A DNA stretch of 28,156 bases from an uncultured Thermoplasmata archaeon (GTDB lineage Archaea > Thermoplasmatota > Thermoplasmata > Halarchaeoplasmatales > Halarchaeoplasmataceae), in the NCBI GenBank assembly GCA_964399335.1, contig CAYNQI010000012.1:1-28156 (forward strand), read 5' to 3'. Position 1 is the stretch's first letter, and every line of letters starts with the position of its first letter. A program made the position numbers and the translations under genes. Below the pieces are notes generated by a model. The model was given only the letters and a program-made list of their open reading frames with translations, was not told the DNA's origin and did no database searches. This document shows positions 16,883-26,789 of the stretch, piece by piece.

Positions 16883-18103
16883 TTAGTAGTGTACATCTAA
16901 TACATCTAATACGAGGACTTCACATCCGACCCCGATCTTTTCAGAGAGGTTCGGTACGGTACGGCCATCATCTCCATGTACAAACTCTTTTACGTACATG
17001 CCAGCCTCACATCTCATGACGATTTCAGATATTTTGCCTTCAAGTTTTTCTAGGTTTATCTCTTTCAATTCCCTGATCCTAATCTTGTCGCTCCGCCTGT
17101 GGCTAACTCTCTGAGGGGTTCTCTGCGAGATCTTCGTTCCCTTCAAAGAATGTAAGGCCTTTTTATATTTTGCCCTATCAACTTCTGAGGAATGTTCAAC
17201 CCTCACTTTATATGTTTTATCTGCTCTAGCTTCCTTTATTTCGATGATCTTGTCCCTGTTTGTGAAAGATAAAGAACCTACTTCAACTCTAACATCGTCC
17301 TTTATCTTATCCTTTAACTCTTCGAAGTCAATATCTCTTACTATCGGGTTCTTTATCTCCATGACGAATGGTCGTCCATTACCAAGCATCCTAGCATCTA
17401 TATCTTCCCTACCCATACCATGTAATGTAAAATCTTCACCGAAGGCCATCTCTTTAAGAGGTTCACCGATTATCTCTTCCACACTTGTCTCATACATCTT
17501 TCCTTTACCATCACAATGGTCGCATCCCTTACCCCAACATTTCTTACAAGTCCATTTGGTCTGGGGTATACCTCTGTCAAATTTCCTATATCTCCCATAA
17601 ACAAAAAGCGGTGCGATCTCAACCTCTACAGTATCGAATCTAGTATCCAATATACCTTTTATATCTGGGGTTTTTAAATCCACATCAGCATCTATTCTAT
17701 CAAAAACCCTCTTCCCGATCTCTCTGTTAAGTTCCGATTTAATCGGCTCCGATGTGGTAACATTAAGTTCAGCCCAGAGCATCTCTTCGTTTTCTTCGAT
17801 CTCCGGATCTATTCTAGTACCGACTAAGAATGTGTTGAATTCGTAATCTTGAAAAGCTTCGACTATTAATGAGGCGAAGTGTTCCAAATCCTTAAAGATA
17901 TTTCCGCAGACAGAACAGTCATCGCTGCTTTCTGGAACTTCAACTTTCTCTTCATCGGTCTTAGCCATGGAATAATAAACTCTCAGGGCTTTACCTCTCT
18001 CATCGTTTGTAAGCCCATGACCCAACTGGGCGAACATCCGTCCCAGACAATGGTCACATAACTCTTTTTCCAAGGCTTTCTCCGTTATATCTAATAGGTC
18101 CAT
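16883..18103 (-). CDS. pus10: tRNA pseudouridine(54/55) synthase Pus10
   Basis: LCDHCLGR..CSVC zinc site, GRYRKFDRGIPQTKW, catalytic GREDIDARMLG.GRPF, QRTPQRVSHRR, GMYVKEFVHGD.GRT.P. Confidence 0.96.
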   Translation of the reverse strand: MDLLDITEKALEKELCDHCLGRMFAQLGHGLTNDERGKALRVYYSMAKTDEEKVEVPESSDDCSVCGNIFKDLEHFASLIVEAFQDYEFNTFLVGTRIDPEIEENEEMLWAELNVTTSEPIKSELNREIGKRVFDRIDADVDLKTPDIKGILDTRFDTVEVEIAPLFVYGRYRKFDRGIPQTKWTCKKCWGKGCDHCDGKGKMYETSVEEIIGEPLKEMAFGEDFTLHGMGREDIDARMLGNGRPFVMEIKNPIVRDIDFEELKDKIKDDVRVEVGSLSFTNRDKIIEIKEARADKTYKVRVEHSSEVDRAKYKKALHSLKGTKISQRTPQRVSHRRSDKIRIRELKEINLEKLEGKISEIVMRCEAGMYVKEFVHGDDGRTVPNLSEKIGVGCEVLVLDVLDVHY

Positions 18104-18127
18104 ATTCTACGTTGATTTATTGCCGCC

Positions 18128-18135
18128 ATATAAAA
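18128..18135 (-). promoter_or_regulatory. TATA box for the pus10-rpl21e-rpo4-DUF655 operon
   Basis: TTTTATAT on the minus strand, 24 nt before the pus10 ATG. Confidence 0.6.
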
Positions 18136-18145
18136 TTATACCCCT

Positions 18146-18589
18146 CTATCCCCCGATATTCCTAGCTATCTTATGCAGTCTTTCTTTAGTCAACAGTAGA
18201 AATGTGATGAAAACAGTCAAGAAAGCCGATTCTGCTAAAAACCCCTGTTGTACCATGAGGCCTATAAGGAAAGTAAGGAAAAATGCTACAGGAGTGGTTA
18301 TGCCTATCGTATGGACTTCGTATTTCAGATATGCTAAAAGTAATGCAAAACCACCAAAGATTATCAGTCCAACATCTATGATCGAATAACCTAAATGTTC
18401 GGATAAGAAAGCAAAAATCACACCTGCGAGAGAAGTCATAGGGAAAGTTCTAACACCGGCTATCACCATCTTTTTATCTTCTCTATGCTCTCTTTCTAAA
18501 CCGATTAGAGCACCTAATGCTACCGCTATGACCGCATTCAATACAAGGTTCAAATCTACGAAACCATATGTCATCATAGTTAATAGCAT
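18146..18589 (-). CDS. MgtC/SapB-family N-terminal membrane domain; short, lacks the usual DUF4010 extension
   Basis: ALGALIGLERE, AGVRTFPMTSLAG, GITTPVAFFLTFLIG, KERLHKIARNI. TATA TTATATTT (18614-21) is 24 nt upstream. Confidence 0.8.
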   Translation of the reverse strand: MLLTMMTYGFVDLNLVLNAVIAVALGALIGLEREHREDKKMVIAGVRTFPMTSLAGVIFAFLSEHLGYSIIDVGLIIFGGFALLLAYLKYEVHTIGITTPVAFFLTFLIGLMVQQGFLAESAFLTVFITFLLLTKERLHKIARNIGG

Positions 18590-18685
18590 CGAAAGCCTAT
18601 TTTATATTTTCCTAAATATAACACCGGCTATTAATTTTACAAATCAATCGATAGATAAAAATATCAAAGTGTTATAAACCATTCC

Positions 18686-19405
18686 ATGGAACCAAGAACT
18701 CTTGCTAAGAGGTTTTTAGATAATGATCCTCTTAAAAACTCCTACCTTATCGCTAAATTAGATGAAGAGGATATACAGTTATATCTCGGGGAAGGTCACA
18801 AATCTGTTCTCATAGAATCTGATGGTTACATATCGATGAGGGGGGATAAAAATAGTTTGGTAGATATATTATCGGATTTAGAAAGTCAGGAGTACAGGTT
18901 CCATGCCATAGATGATAAGGCATTTGAGGCCGCTAAAGAAGTTATTGAGGTCAAGGATGATCGTCCTACATGGTTTTTTAAACGCCCGAAGAAGTATTTT
19001 GAGGAACCTGATTTAGAAGTAGAAGAGTTAGAGGTTGAAGATGCCGAGGTGATCAACGAATACTGGGGACTTCAAGGAAGTGATTCTACGGATTATATAG
19101 CTGAAAGGATAAGAAAGGGTCCTGCTTTTGGTATAAGGAGGGGCGGAGAATTGGTGGCCTGGACTCTGACACATTATATCACTAAGGATGTTCTTAATCT
19201 TGGTTTTCTTCATGTCAAAAGAGATTGGAGACGAGAAGGTTTTGCAAAAGCTATTACTGAACATATGTGTAAACACGCCGAGAAGAATGATCAAGTACCC
19301 GTGGTCGATATATTCAAGGATAATAAACCTTCGGTATCTTTAGCAGAAACTCTCGGGTTTAAATGTATAAGTGAACATCATTGGTTCTCTGGCATCAAAC
19401 AGTGA
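18686..19405 (+). CDS. GNAT-family acetyltransferase (FR47-like C-terminal domain)
   Basis: Acetyl-CoA motif A LHVKRDWRREGFAKAI and N..SVSLAETLGF. GATAAAAA lies 24 nt upstream. Confidence 0.85.
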   Translation: MEPRTLAKRFLDNDPLKNSYLIAKLDEEDIQLYLGEGHKSVLIESDGYISMRGDKNSLVDILSDLESQEYRFHAIDDKAFEAAKEVIEVKDDRPTWFFKRPKKYFEEPDLEVEELEVEDAEVINEYWGLQGSDSTDYIAERIRKGPAFGIRRGGELVAWTLTHYITKDVLNLGFLHVKRDWRREGFAKAITEHMCKHAEKNDQVPVVDIFKDNKPSVSLAETLGFKCISEHHWFSGIKQ

Positions 19406-19449
19406 CTCAAACCAAATTATATATATTCCCATCCTAATAAAGGAAATAA

Positions 19450-19827
19450 ATGAAGGGATATAAGAAGGTAAAGGTTCTCTCTTATGAGGGATATGGTGCT
19501 GAAGTCAAATGTGAAAAAGCCATAAATAAAGGCATAAGATCAGGTTGGCAGCCGATAGATATCTGTTCCTTTGTACCACCCGATAACAGATACCTGAAAG
19601 TTATAGCATTCATGGGTAAGTTGGATAAGGAAAGCGGATTTGAGGGAAAGCAAAAAGAAACTAAATCTGATAAAACTACTAGCAAAGATGCTGAGAGAAA
19701 AGAAACAGAGGACTTTGTTAGATGCCCTCAATGCGGAAAAAAGGGGTTGATGTCGAAGGATAGCACTTGTAAGTATTGTGGATATCAAGAAGATGAAATT
19801 AATACGAACGAAAAGCTTGTTTTCTAA
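19450..19827 (+). CDS. Small hypothetical protein with C-terminal zinc ribbon (CPQC...CKYC)
   Basis: Own TATA TTATATAT at 19417-24. Two CxxC pairs. N-terminal part (AINKGIRSGWQPIDI) loosely resembles DUF4177-type domains. Confidence 0.7.
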   Translation: MKGYKKVKVLSYEGYGAEVKCEKAINKGIRSGWQPIDICSFVPPDNRYLKVIAFMGKLDKESGFEGKQKETKSDKTTSKDAERKETEDFVRCPQCGKKGLMSKDSTCKYCGYQEDEINTNEKLVF

Positions 19828-19876
19828 ATTCGAAACTACCGGAAAAAAGATAAATACCTTCTTCAGATAAAGCCAA

Positions 19877-21628
19877 TTGATGCCAATAAGACAGCCCATC
19901 GTCAGCGTACTCGGTCATGTCGACCATGGTAAGACAACTTTCTTAGATCGTATAAGAGGTAGCACAGTAGCTGACCGGGAAGCTGGTAAGATCACTCAAC
20001 ATATCGGTGCTACAGAAGTCCCAGTAGATGCTCTAAAAAAAGCTTGCGAGGTTTTGGGCTGTAAAGTAGAATTCTCTTTACCTGGTCTACTTTTTATCGA
20101 TACCCCCGGCCATCACTCCTTTATGACTTTGAGATCGAGAGGAGGAGCATTATCAGACCTTGCTGTACTAATTATCGACATCAAAGATGGACTAATGCCA
20201 CAGACAAAGGAGTCTATAGAGATCCTTAAAAGAAATAAAACACCATTCATAATAGGTGCGAACAAAGTAGATAGGATAGCCGGATGGAATTCCCAGAATA
20301 AACCCTTTGTACAATCTTTTAATGAGCAGACAAAAAGTGCCCAGGATCGCATGACAGAAGCCCTTTATGAAATTATAGGGGACCTTTATGATATGGGATT
20401 TTCCTCGGATCGTTATGACCAGATCGACGATTTTTCAAATAATATCGCTATAGTACCGATGAGCGCCAAAACTGGAGAAGGTGTAGAAGATATTTTAATG
20501 ACTCTTATAGGCCTCGCTCAAACATTCCTTAAAGACGAACTTGAAGTCGAAGAAGGGCCTGGAGAGGGAACGGTACTTGAGGTCAAGGAGGAATTAGGTC
20601 TAGGTACAACGTTAGACACCATTATTTATCAAGGTACCATCAGGAAGGGGGACGAAGTTGTCATAGGTACAAGAAGCAAACCTATCAAGACTAGGATCAA
20701 ATCACTTCTCAAACCTAAACCCATGGACGAGATCAGAGATCCTAAAGAAAGGTTCGACGAAGTCCGTGAAATAAATGCAGCTGCCGGTATCAAAGTAGTA
20801 ACACCAGAAGGAGAAGGTATTGTGGCAGGTGCACCGATCCGAGCGATTTGGGACAGAGATACAGACGAGGTAATGAAATCCGTTAGGGCAGAAACCGAAG
20901 CTAACATCGAAACCGAGGAAGAAGGTGTAGTAATCAAAGCAGATGCGATAGGGTCCCTAGAAGGTCTCGCCTTTGAGCTTAACGATGAGGATATCCCTAT
21001 CGGTATGGCTTCAGTAGGAGATGTTTCTCGAAAAGATATCGTAGATGCTGAAACTATGAAAGACCCTTTACACAAGATCATACTCGCATTCAACGTTAAT
21101 ATATTACCCGATGCCAAAGAGGGATTGAAAGAGTCAGGTGTAAAGGTAATAGAGAACGACGTAGTGTATCGTTTAGTAGATGATTACAAAGAATGGAAAG
21201 AGCAAGAGAAGCGAATGATCGAGGAAGAAAAAAGAAGAAAGCTCGTATTTCCTTGCAAGTTCCGTATACTTGAAGATCATACCTTCAGAATCAGTAAACC
21301 CGCAATCGTTGGAGTTAGGGTCCTTGGAGGTAAACTACAACCGGATAGGCGTCTACTGAAGAAAGACGGTAGAGTGGTAGGTAATATCAAGAGCATCCGA
21401 GATGGTGACCACTCTTTAGATATTGCTGAACAGGGTGACGAAGTTGCCATAGCGATATCTGGTATAACCGTTGGAAGGCAGATCGATGAAGAAGAAGATC
21501 TTTACATCGATATGCCCGAAGGCGATGCCAAAAAGATGAAAGAGATAGAATTGACCTTCGACGAGAAAAGAATTTTAGAAGAAATAAAAGAGATAAAGCA
21601 GAAAGAAGAACCGTTCTGGGGTATGTGA
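19877..21628 (+). CDS. infB: Translation initiation factor aIF5B/IF-2 (probable start ATG 19880)
   Basis: IRQPIVSVLGHVDHGKTT, ITQHIGAT, FIDTPGH, NKVD, SAKTGEG, KADAIGSLEG, FRISKPAIVGV. No intein. BRE/TATA GGAAAAAA-GATAAATA at 19841-56. Confidence 0.97.
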   Translation: MMPIRQPIVSVLGHVDHGKTTFLDRIRGSTVADREAGKITQHIGATEVPVDALKKACEVLGCKVEFSLPGLLFIDTPGHHSFMTLRSRGGALSDLAVLIIDIKDGLMPQTKESIEILKRNKTPFIIGANKVDRIAGWNSQNKPFVQSFNEQTKSAQDRMTEALYEIIGDLYDMGFSSDRYDQIDDFSNNIAIVPMSAKTGEGVEDILMTLIGLAQTFLKDELEVEEGPGEGTVLEVKEELGLGTTLDTIIYQGTIRKGDEVVIGTRSKPIKTRIKSLLKPKPMDEIRDPKERFDEVREINAAAGIKVVTPEGEGIVAGAPIRAIWDRDTDEVMKSVRAETEANIETEEEGVVIKADAIGSLEGLAFELNDEDIPIGMASVGDVSRKDIVDAETMKDPLHKIILAFNVNILPDAKEGLKESGVKVIENDVVYRLVDDYKEWKEQEKRMIEEEKRRKLVFPCKFRILEDHTFRISKPAIVGVRVLGGKLQPDRRLLKKDGRVVGNIKSIRDGDHSLDIAEQGDEVAIAISGITVGRQIDEEEDLYIDMPEGDAKKMKEIELTFDEKRILEEIKEIKQKEEPFWGM

Positions 21629-21632
21629 AATC

Positions 21633-24600
21633 TTAAAATTTTTCATTCTTTTTTCGATGTCTTTTGTAATACATTATCAAAATTATTCCTATGCCTATCA
21701 CCGATGCTACTATCAGTAGAACTAACCAGGGCGGTGAAACTTCACCTTCTACTGTCACTGTTTTTGTGATTGTATCACTTTCTCCGTCTTCATCGATTAC
21801 TGTCAAAGTTACCGAGTATTCTCCCTCTTCCTGGAATAAATGGGTTGGATCCTGTTCTTCCGATACAGTTCCATCTCCGAAATCCCATTCCCAGGAAATT
21901 ATGTCCCCCCGCCTTTCGGTACTGTTATCTAAGAATCGAACTTCCTCATTGACCTGGGGGTTATCGGGTTGATATGTGAAATCAGCGACAGGGGCCGAGC
22001 TTTCGACCTTTAAATACCGATGAGTGCTGTTAGTAGCCCCCATGTTATCTTCAACCGTTAAGGTAACTCTGTATTCACCCGGTTCTTCATAGACGTGTGT
22101 TGGATCTGAAGTCTTTGATGTTTCTCCGTCACCGAAATCCCATGTACGATCGACTATCCATCCGTCATAGTCAACACTGTTGTCTTGGAAGTTCACTTCG
22201 TCACCGGGATAGATCTCTTCCGGAAAGTAGTCAAAAGAAACCGAGGGAGGGATGTTTTCGATCTCTACTGTTTTAGTCGTATGGTTTTCTTCACCGTCAT
22301 CATCCCAAACCACCAATGTAACTTGATACTTTCCGCTAAGAGCATAGCTGTGAATGACATCTTCTTCCTCAGAAACGTTCCCATCGTCAAAATCCCAATA
22401 GTGTTCTACTATCTCTCCGTCGGGATCATAAGACTGATCTATAAATTGGATCTCATCCCTAGCCGTCGGACTTTCAGGTTGAAAGGTAAAATTTGGACGC
22501 GGTGGGATGTTGACGATCTCGATCGTTTTTGTAGTTTGAGATTCTATACCACTTTCATCTTTAACGGTCAAAGTTACGTCATAGACCCCTAGTTCATCAT
22601 ACCTTTTTACAGGATCTTTTTCGTAAGAATGATCACCGTCACCGAAATCCCATGTATAGTTTACATCACCATCTAAATTATAACTTGTATCATAGAAATT
22701 GATATCATCTAAACGTGTAGGGTTTTCTGGTTCATAAGTGAAGTTTGCCATGGGTCTTACGGCCCCCACGATACGGATATCGTCGATCCACCACCCTTCG
22801 TGACCAGAATCATGGGTATCGGTACCTGCTCTAAAACGGAAACGGACAGAGTTGCCCATATTTGGAATGTTTACTATTTCTTTTCTCCATTGGTCCTGAG
22901 TACCCGTAAAAGCATTTTTTCCCTCTAGGGGATTATTATAACCGGTTTCTAACTCTCTATCGTAATCACCCTCTGGGATTAACTTTTCCCAACCAGATCC
23001 AAGATCAGCTTCTACAATACCCCCGTCATACCCGTCTTCGAAATCGTATCTATGGTGCCAAGAGAGTGTCATATTTTCCCATCTGCTTGTATCTATTTTT
23101 GGTGAGATGATCGATTCATCTAATCTAGTCCCATAATGACCCTGACCGAAATTCCATGAGAAGTCTCCTGAGTAAGAACTCGTATCGACGACTTTCCATT
23201 CGACGTCGGGCTCCCATCCGATGTTACCTCCTTCTAAATCGTCGATGTTTGAAGATATGAATCGATAATCTTCACTTTCGTATTCCTTCCAGTTTCCAAC
23301 CTCATCGGTGGCATTGATTTTAAACGAATAATTTCTATCTGGAACTAAATTATCCAGGATCAAAGAGTGTTCTTCTGAGAAATCTTCGGTTTCAACTTGC
23401 CTATTAAATTCATCATCGATGCCGTATCTTATAGAGATTGAAGCGGGTTCGTCCGTTTTTAAAGTCAACTCGGCAGCTAATTTCTCTTTGACATTCACAT
23501 CACTAACTTCTGGTGGAACACCGTCTATATATGCTGTGATGGTCTTAGTTTCAGATGTCCCATCCCCGATGTCATCGTCGTAATAGATCCCTTCTATAAT
23601 ATCGTCGTGGGATACCTGTAATACATCCTCTCTGATTTCTCCAGAGATATCGATTGAACCGATAAATATCCCGTCATTATCATTATCGAACAGTTCGACC
23701 ATTTTACCATCAGGTTCAGTATCACTCACTATCTCTACTTCGATGCTCTCTTCTCCAGTTAAATCAGAATCCATAACAGTTATGTTTACCGTATCTTCAA
23801 CGGCGTATTTATCCTGATCAAAATGGATACTCCCATCTGAATCAACTTCTCGTGTATTGTATGAAAAAAGTGCATAATCCTGGTTAGCTGTACCGTCGTT
23901 ATTAGCATCCTCAGGTATATTGTATCCTTCGATCCTTATCTCGTAAAAACCCTCCTCTAAATCATCTGGATGTATGTAAACATTTTCTACTACATTCCTA
24001 TTATCGAATCCATCTCCATTGTCATCAAAATCAGAGATGGTATCTGTGTCGGCTTGTGTCCATCCATCGGAGAATGCGTTCCCCTTGTACCTTCTTCCAC
24101 TGGGTGAAACGACTTCAAGATTCAGATCATTTTTTATTGTGGGGATATCTCCTTCATCAGCATATCTGTCGGTCCAAGTGAGTGTGATTTTCAGAGGTTC
24201 ATCCATGTTATCTGGGTATACTGAATATTCGTCGACTTCACCTGTCTCTAAAAGAGAGTTTTGATCCCGTGATATATATTGTATATCAGAACCAATGATG
24301 TTGGTTAAATCTACCGAACCCCATCCCTCATATCTGTTAGGTATGTGATCGATCTCACCATCTCCGGAATGATCCGTTTCTAGATCTATTGCTGAATTTA
24401 TCAATATCGCTTTGACCATAGCTGGGCTGGGTAGATTTCCGTGAGTTTCTTCGTAGTATTGGGACACAACTGCAGCAGCGGCTGCAACGTTAGGTGTTGA
24501 TTGTGATGTTCCAGACCCCCATTCATACCGGTCGTCTTCACTGTAAAGACCCCAGAGATTACTTTCATCTACCAGGGGTGTGCTTGTGGAAAGCGATACT

Positions 24601-26156
24601 CTACCTGGAGCTACTACCGTGGGTTTGACACGATTATCTTCAGTCCAGCCTCTAGAGCTGAAAGATGTGATCGAATAAGGTTCGTCGGAATTACCCAATG
24701 AGCCATAGAGGTTTGCATCAGGCATATAGGATTCCGTTGATCCTACTGTTATAACATTCTTAGCATTTCCTGGACTGCTTATAGAACCCAAATTGGGCCC
24801 CTCGTTTCCAGCACTTGTAACGATCACCATAGGTTCGTTTTCAGGGCTTTCAGAGTTTGCATCTCTTACTGCTTCATCATATTGGGCATCACTGGTACCA
24901 TATATACCGTCTTCACCATCACCTCCCCATGAATTGGAATGCACGTATACATCACCATTTTGTTTCGCATCCTCGATGATATCATAATAGGATACCATGG
25001 GTGGAACAGCCCAAGATCCATCATCACTGAATAATTTTTGTGCAAAAAGCTCAGAATCGTATGCTAAACTTTGTGAGAGATAGTATTGAGCATGACCTTC
25101 GTACTGCTGACCAGTACCTCCATAAGTGTCTCCAGCAGCCAGGCCTGCGGTATGGGTCCCATGACCATATCCGTCACTCCAGTCGTTACCACTTCCGAAA
25201 TATGTACCACCGATAACTCGTCCAGTGAAATCCTCGTGACCGGCATTACCCACGGTTCCATCACCGATACCCGTGTCTGCAACTGCTATTGTGATCCCTT
25301 GTCCAGTATAACCTAGATGGTTCACGTAAGCACCGAAATCCCCAGTATCTCGGTACACTTCGGACGGTTCATCAGGATCCCAGAAGCCACCTAACAACTG
25401 TGATTCCATCTCGTTGTGAAGCTTCATTTCATCGACGTTCTGGATATAGATCACATCATCCATATCAGCTAACTCTTTTAACTTGGAATAACTTCGGATC
25501 TCAGTGAAAACTTCGTAACGAGATCTACTGTTCCTTATCGCTTTTATATCTGTGAGTTCATTTATATTGAAGAGACTCGACTCTGAGTTGAACATATTCA
25601 CCCTTACCATACCCGGTTCTAGGTTCCTATCTATTTTGTATTCCGGTTCATATTCTCCCACCCAGGATACATACCTCAAGTCGTTTATTTCATTTAGTAG
25701 ATCAGGGTTCATCCTAACATGGAATGCGTAGTTCGGGACGTAATTCAATATGTTCACTCCCATGTTCTCTAAATCTCTTCTCCATTCGTTCTTGATAGGG
25801 CCGTGAGTTCTGATCAAAAACATAGAGTTTTCAGATCCTATGACTGATTCTTTCGAAGTTATATCTATGGTCCTACCTTTCACGGATAACTTTGTATGAT
25901 CTTCGAGTTCGACGATATCTTCATGCTGGATCCTGAATATGTTCTCTGATCGCCCCTTGATCAAAACAAAATTATCGTATTCTTCGATTATTGTAAAATC
26001 AAATTCTTCTAACTGTTCTATAACTTCACTGCAGTGGTCCCTAACCAAAAAATAGTTTTCATGGAAGTCCTCTTCAATATTAGGAGCTGCAACGGTTAAA
26101 AATGACCCTACTACCAAGATAAATACCAGCAAAGTTGTCAAATATTTTATGTTCAT
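21633..26156 (-). CDS. Secreted, membrane-anchored S8 subtilase (Kp43-like) with beta-sandwich/FN3-like/MAM-like modules and 4 PKD domains
   Basis: Signal peptide, propeptide, triad AVADTG / HGTHTAG / GTSQSTP, oxyanion SAGNEG, EGWG..DL, LKITLTWTD..NDLNLEV, four WDF(G/D)DG repeats, C-terminal TM plus KRHRKK. Confidence 0.92.
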   Translation of the reverse strand: MNIKYLTTLLVFILVVGSFLTVAAPNIEEDFHENYFLVRDHCSEVIEQLEEFDFTIIEEYDNFVLIKGRSENIFRIQHEDIVELEDHTKLSVKGRTIDITSKESVIGSENSMFLIRTHGPIKNEWRRDLENMGVNILNYVPNYAFHVRMNPDLLNEINDLRYVSWVGEYEPEYKIDRNLEPGMVRVNMFNSESSLFNINELTDIKAIRNSRSRYEVFTEIRSYSKLKELADMDDVIYIQNVDEMKLHNEMESQLLGGFWDPDEPSEVYRDTGDFGAYVNHLGYTGQGITIAVADTGIGDGTVGNAGHEDFTGRVIGGTYFGSGNDWSDGYGHGTHTAGLAAGDTYGGTGQQYEGHAQYYLSQSLAYDSELFAQKLFSDDGSWAVPPMVSYYDIIEDAKQNGDVYVHSNSWGGDGEDGIYGTSDAQYDEAVRDANSESPENEPMVIVTSAGNEGPNLGSISSPGNAKNVITVGSTESYMPDANLYGSLGNSDEPYSITSFSSRGWTEDNRVKPTVVAPGRVSLSTSTPLVDESNLWGLYSEDDRYEWGSGTSQSTPNVAAAAAVVSQYYEETHGNLPSPAMVKAILINSAIDLETDHSGDGEIDHIPNRYEGWGSVDLTNIIGSDIQYISRDQNSLLETGEVDEYSVYPDNMDEPLKITLTWTDRYADEGDIPTIKNDLNLEVVSPSGRRYKGNAFSDGWTQADTDTISDFDDNGDGFDNRNVVENVYIHPDDLEEGFYEIRIEGYNIPEDANNDGTANQDYALFSYNTREVDSDGSIHFDQDKYAVEDTVNITVMDSDLTGEESIEVEIVSDTEPDGKMVELFDNDNDGIFIGSIDISGEIREDVLQVSHDDIIEGIYYDDDIGDGTSETKTITAYIDGVPPEVSDVNVKEKLAAELTLKTDEPASISIRYGIDDEFNRQVETEDFSEEHSLILDNLVPDRNYSFKINATDEVGNWKEYESEDYRFISSNIDDLEGGNIGWEPDVEWKVVDTSSYSGDFSWNFGQGHYGTRLDESIISPKIDTSRWENMTLSWHHRYDFEDGYDGGIVEADLGSGWEKLIPEGDYDRELETGYNNPLEGKNAFTGTQDQWRKEIVNIPNMGNSVRFRFRAGTDTHDSGHEGWWIDDIRIVGAVRPMANFTYEPENPTRLDDINFYDTSYNLDGDVNYTWDFGDGDHSYEKDPVKRYDELGVYDVTLTVKDESGIESQTTKTIEIVNIPPRPNFTFQPESPTARDEIQFIDQSYDPDGEIVEHYWDFDDGNVSEEEDVIHSYALSGKYQVTLVVWDDDGEENHTTKTVEIENIPPSVSFDYFPEEIYPGDEVNFQDNSVDYDGWIVDRTWDFGDGETSKTSDPTHVYEEPGEYRVTLTVEDNMGATNSTHRYLKVESSAPVADFTYQPDNPQVNEEVRFLDNSTERRGDIISWEWDFGDGTVSEEQDPTHLFQEEGEYSVTLTVIDEDGESDTITKTVTVEGEVSPPWLVLLIVASVIGIGIILIMYYKRHRKKNEKF
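21745..22760 (-). repeat. Tandem array of four PKD domains (about 85 aa each)
   Basis: Repeating P...F.Y.PE.P...D.I.F.D.S...DG.....WDFGDG..S....P.H.Y...G.Y.VTLTV.D units. Confidence 0.9.
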
Positions 26157-26701
26157 CAGATCTCACCCAGTATGTCAACCTTAGTAATTATACCTGCAAC
26201 CTGACCTTTTTTAGATGTTAACACACAGGGATAGTGTACTAATAATTTCTTCACAACATCTAATTCAGCATTTTCATCTATTATCGGGAAAGGTGGATCC
26301 ATTATTTTTTTAACAGGCAGCTCTCTATCTATCTTTTCGTAATTCCTTAACAGACCACTTTCGGTGATTCCGCCTAAAACTGAACCGTTTTCAATAACTG
26401 GCATCTGAGAAACCGCGTTTTCATCCATTATTTTTAGTGCGGTTTTGATTTTATCATTACGTATTAGTGAAAACACCTTTTCAGAATGGACTTCTTTTGC
26501 TCTTTTATCAGTAGTATTCTTAGCCATCTCTTCTTCTAGCTTATCCAATATCTTTCTACCTTTTAAGTAAGATGGGGATGTACTCCCGTTCTCTATCTTG
26601 GCTATCAGTGATTGACTGACCCCAGCCTTATCGGCCAGTTCTGTTTGTGTTAAACCCAGTTTCTTTCTAATCGAACGTACTCTGCTGATATCTTTCAACA
26701 T
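26156..26701 (-). CDS. XRE-type HTH transcriptional regulator with tandem CBS domains (COG3620-like)
   Basis: IRKKLGLTQTELADKAGVSQSLIAKIENG HTH_3, then a CBS pair (SQMPVIENG.VLGGITE; GIITKVDIL). TGATG overlap with the protease. TATA CTATATAT (26726-33) is 24 nt upstream. Confidence 0.93.
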   Translation of the reverse strand: MLKDISRVRSIRKKLGLTQTELADKAGVSQSLIAKIENGSTSPSYLKGRKILDKLEEEMAKNTTDKRAKEVHSEKVFSLIRNDKIKTALKIMDENAVSQMPVIENGSVLGGITESGLLRNYEKIDRELPVKKIMDPPFPIIDENAELDVVKKLLVHYPCVLTSKKGQVAGIITKVDILGEI

Positions 26702-26789
26702 CTTAATTGGAAATTGTTAAAGACCATATATAGGTTTATTCCTATTCGAATAATAATGACAATAAATTATTAATATAGTATCTATAGTG

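Noticed and set aside
16892-16912. 9-nt tandem duplication TACATCTAA x2 at the pus10 3' end
   Set aside because: It encodes LDVLDV, which fits the normal Pus10 C-terminal strand.
19877-21628. Intein in aIF5B (known in some archaea)
   Set aside because: The length is normal and the G-domain motifs are contiguous.
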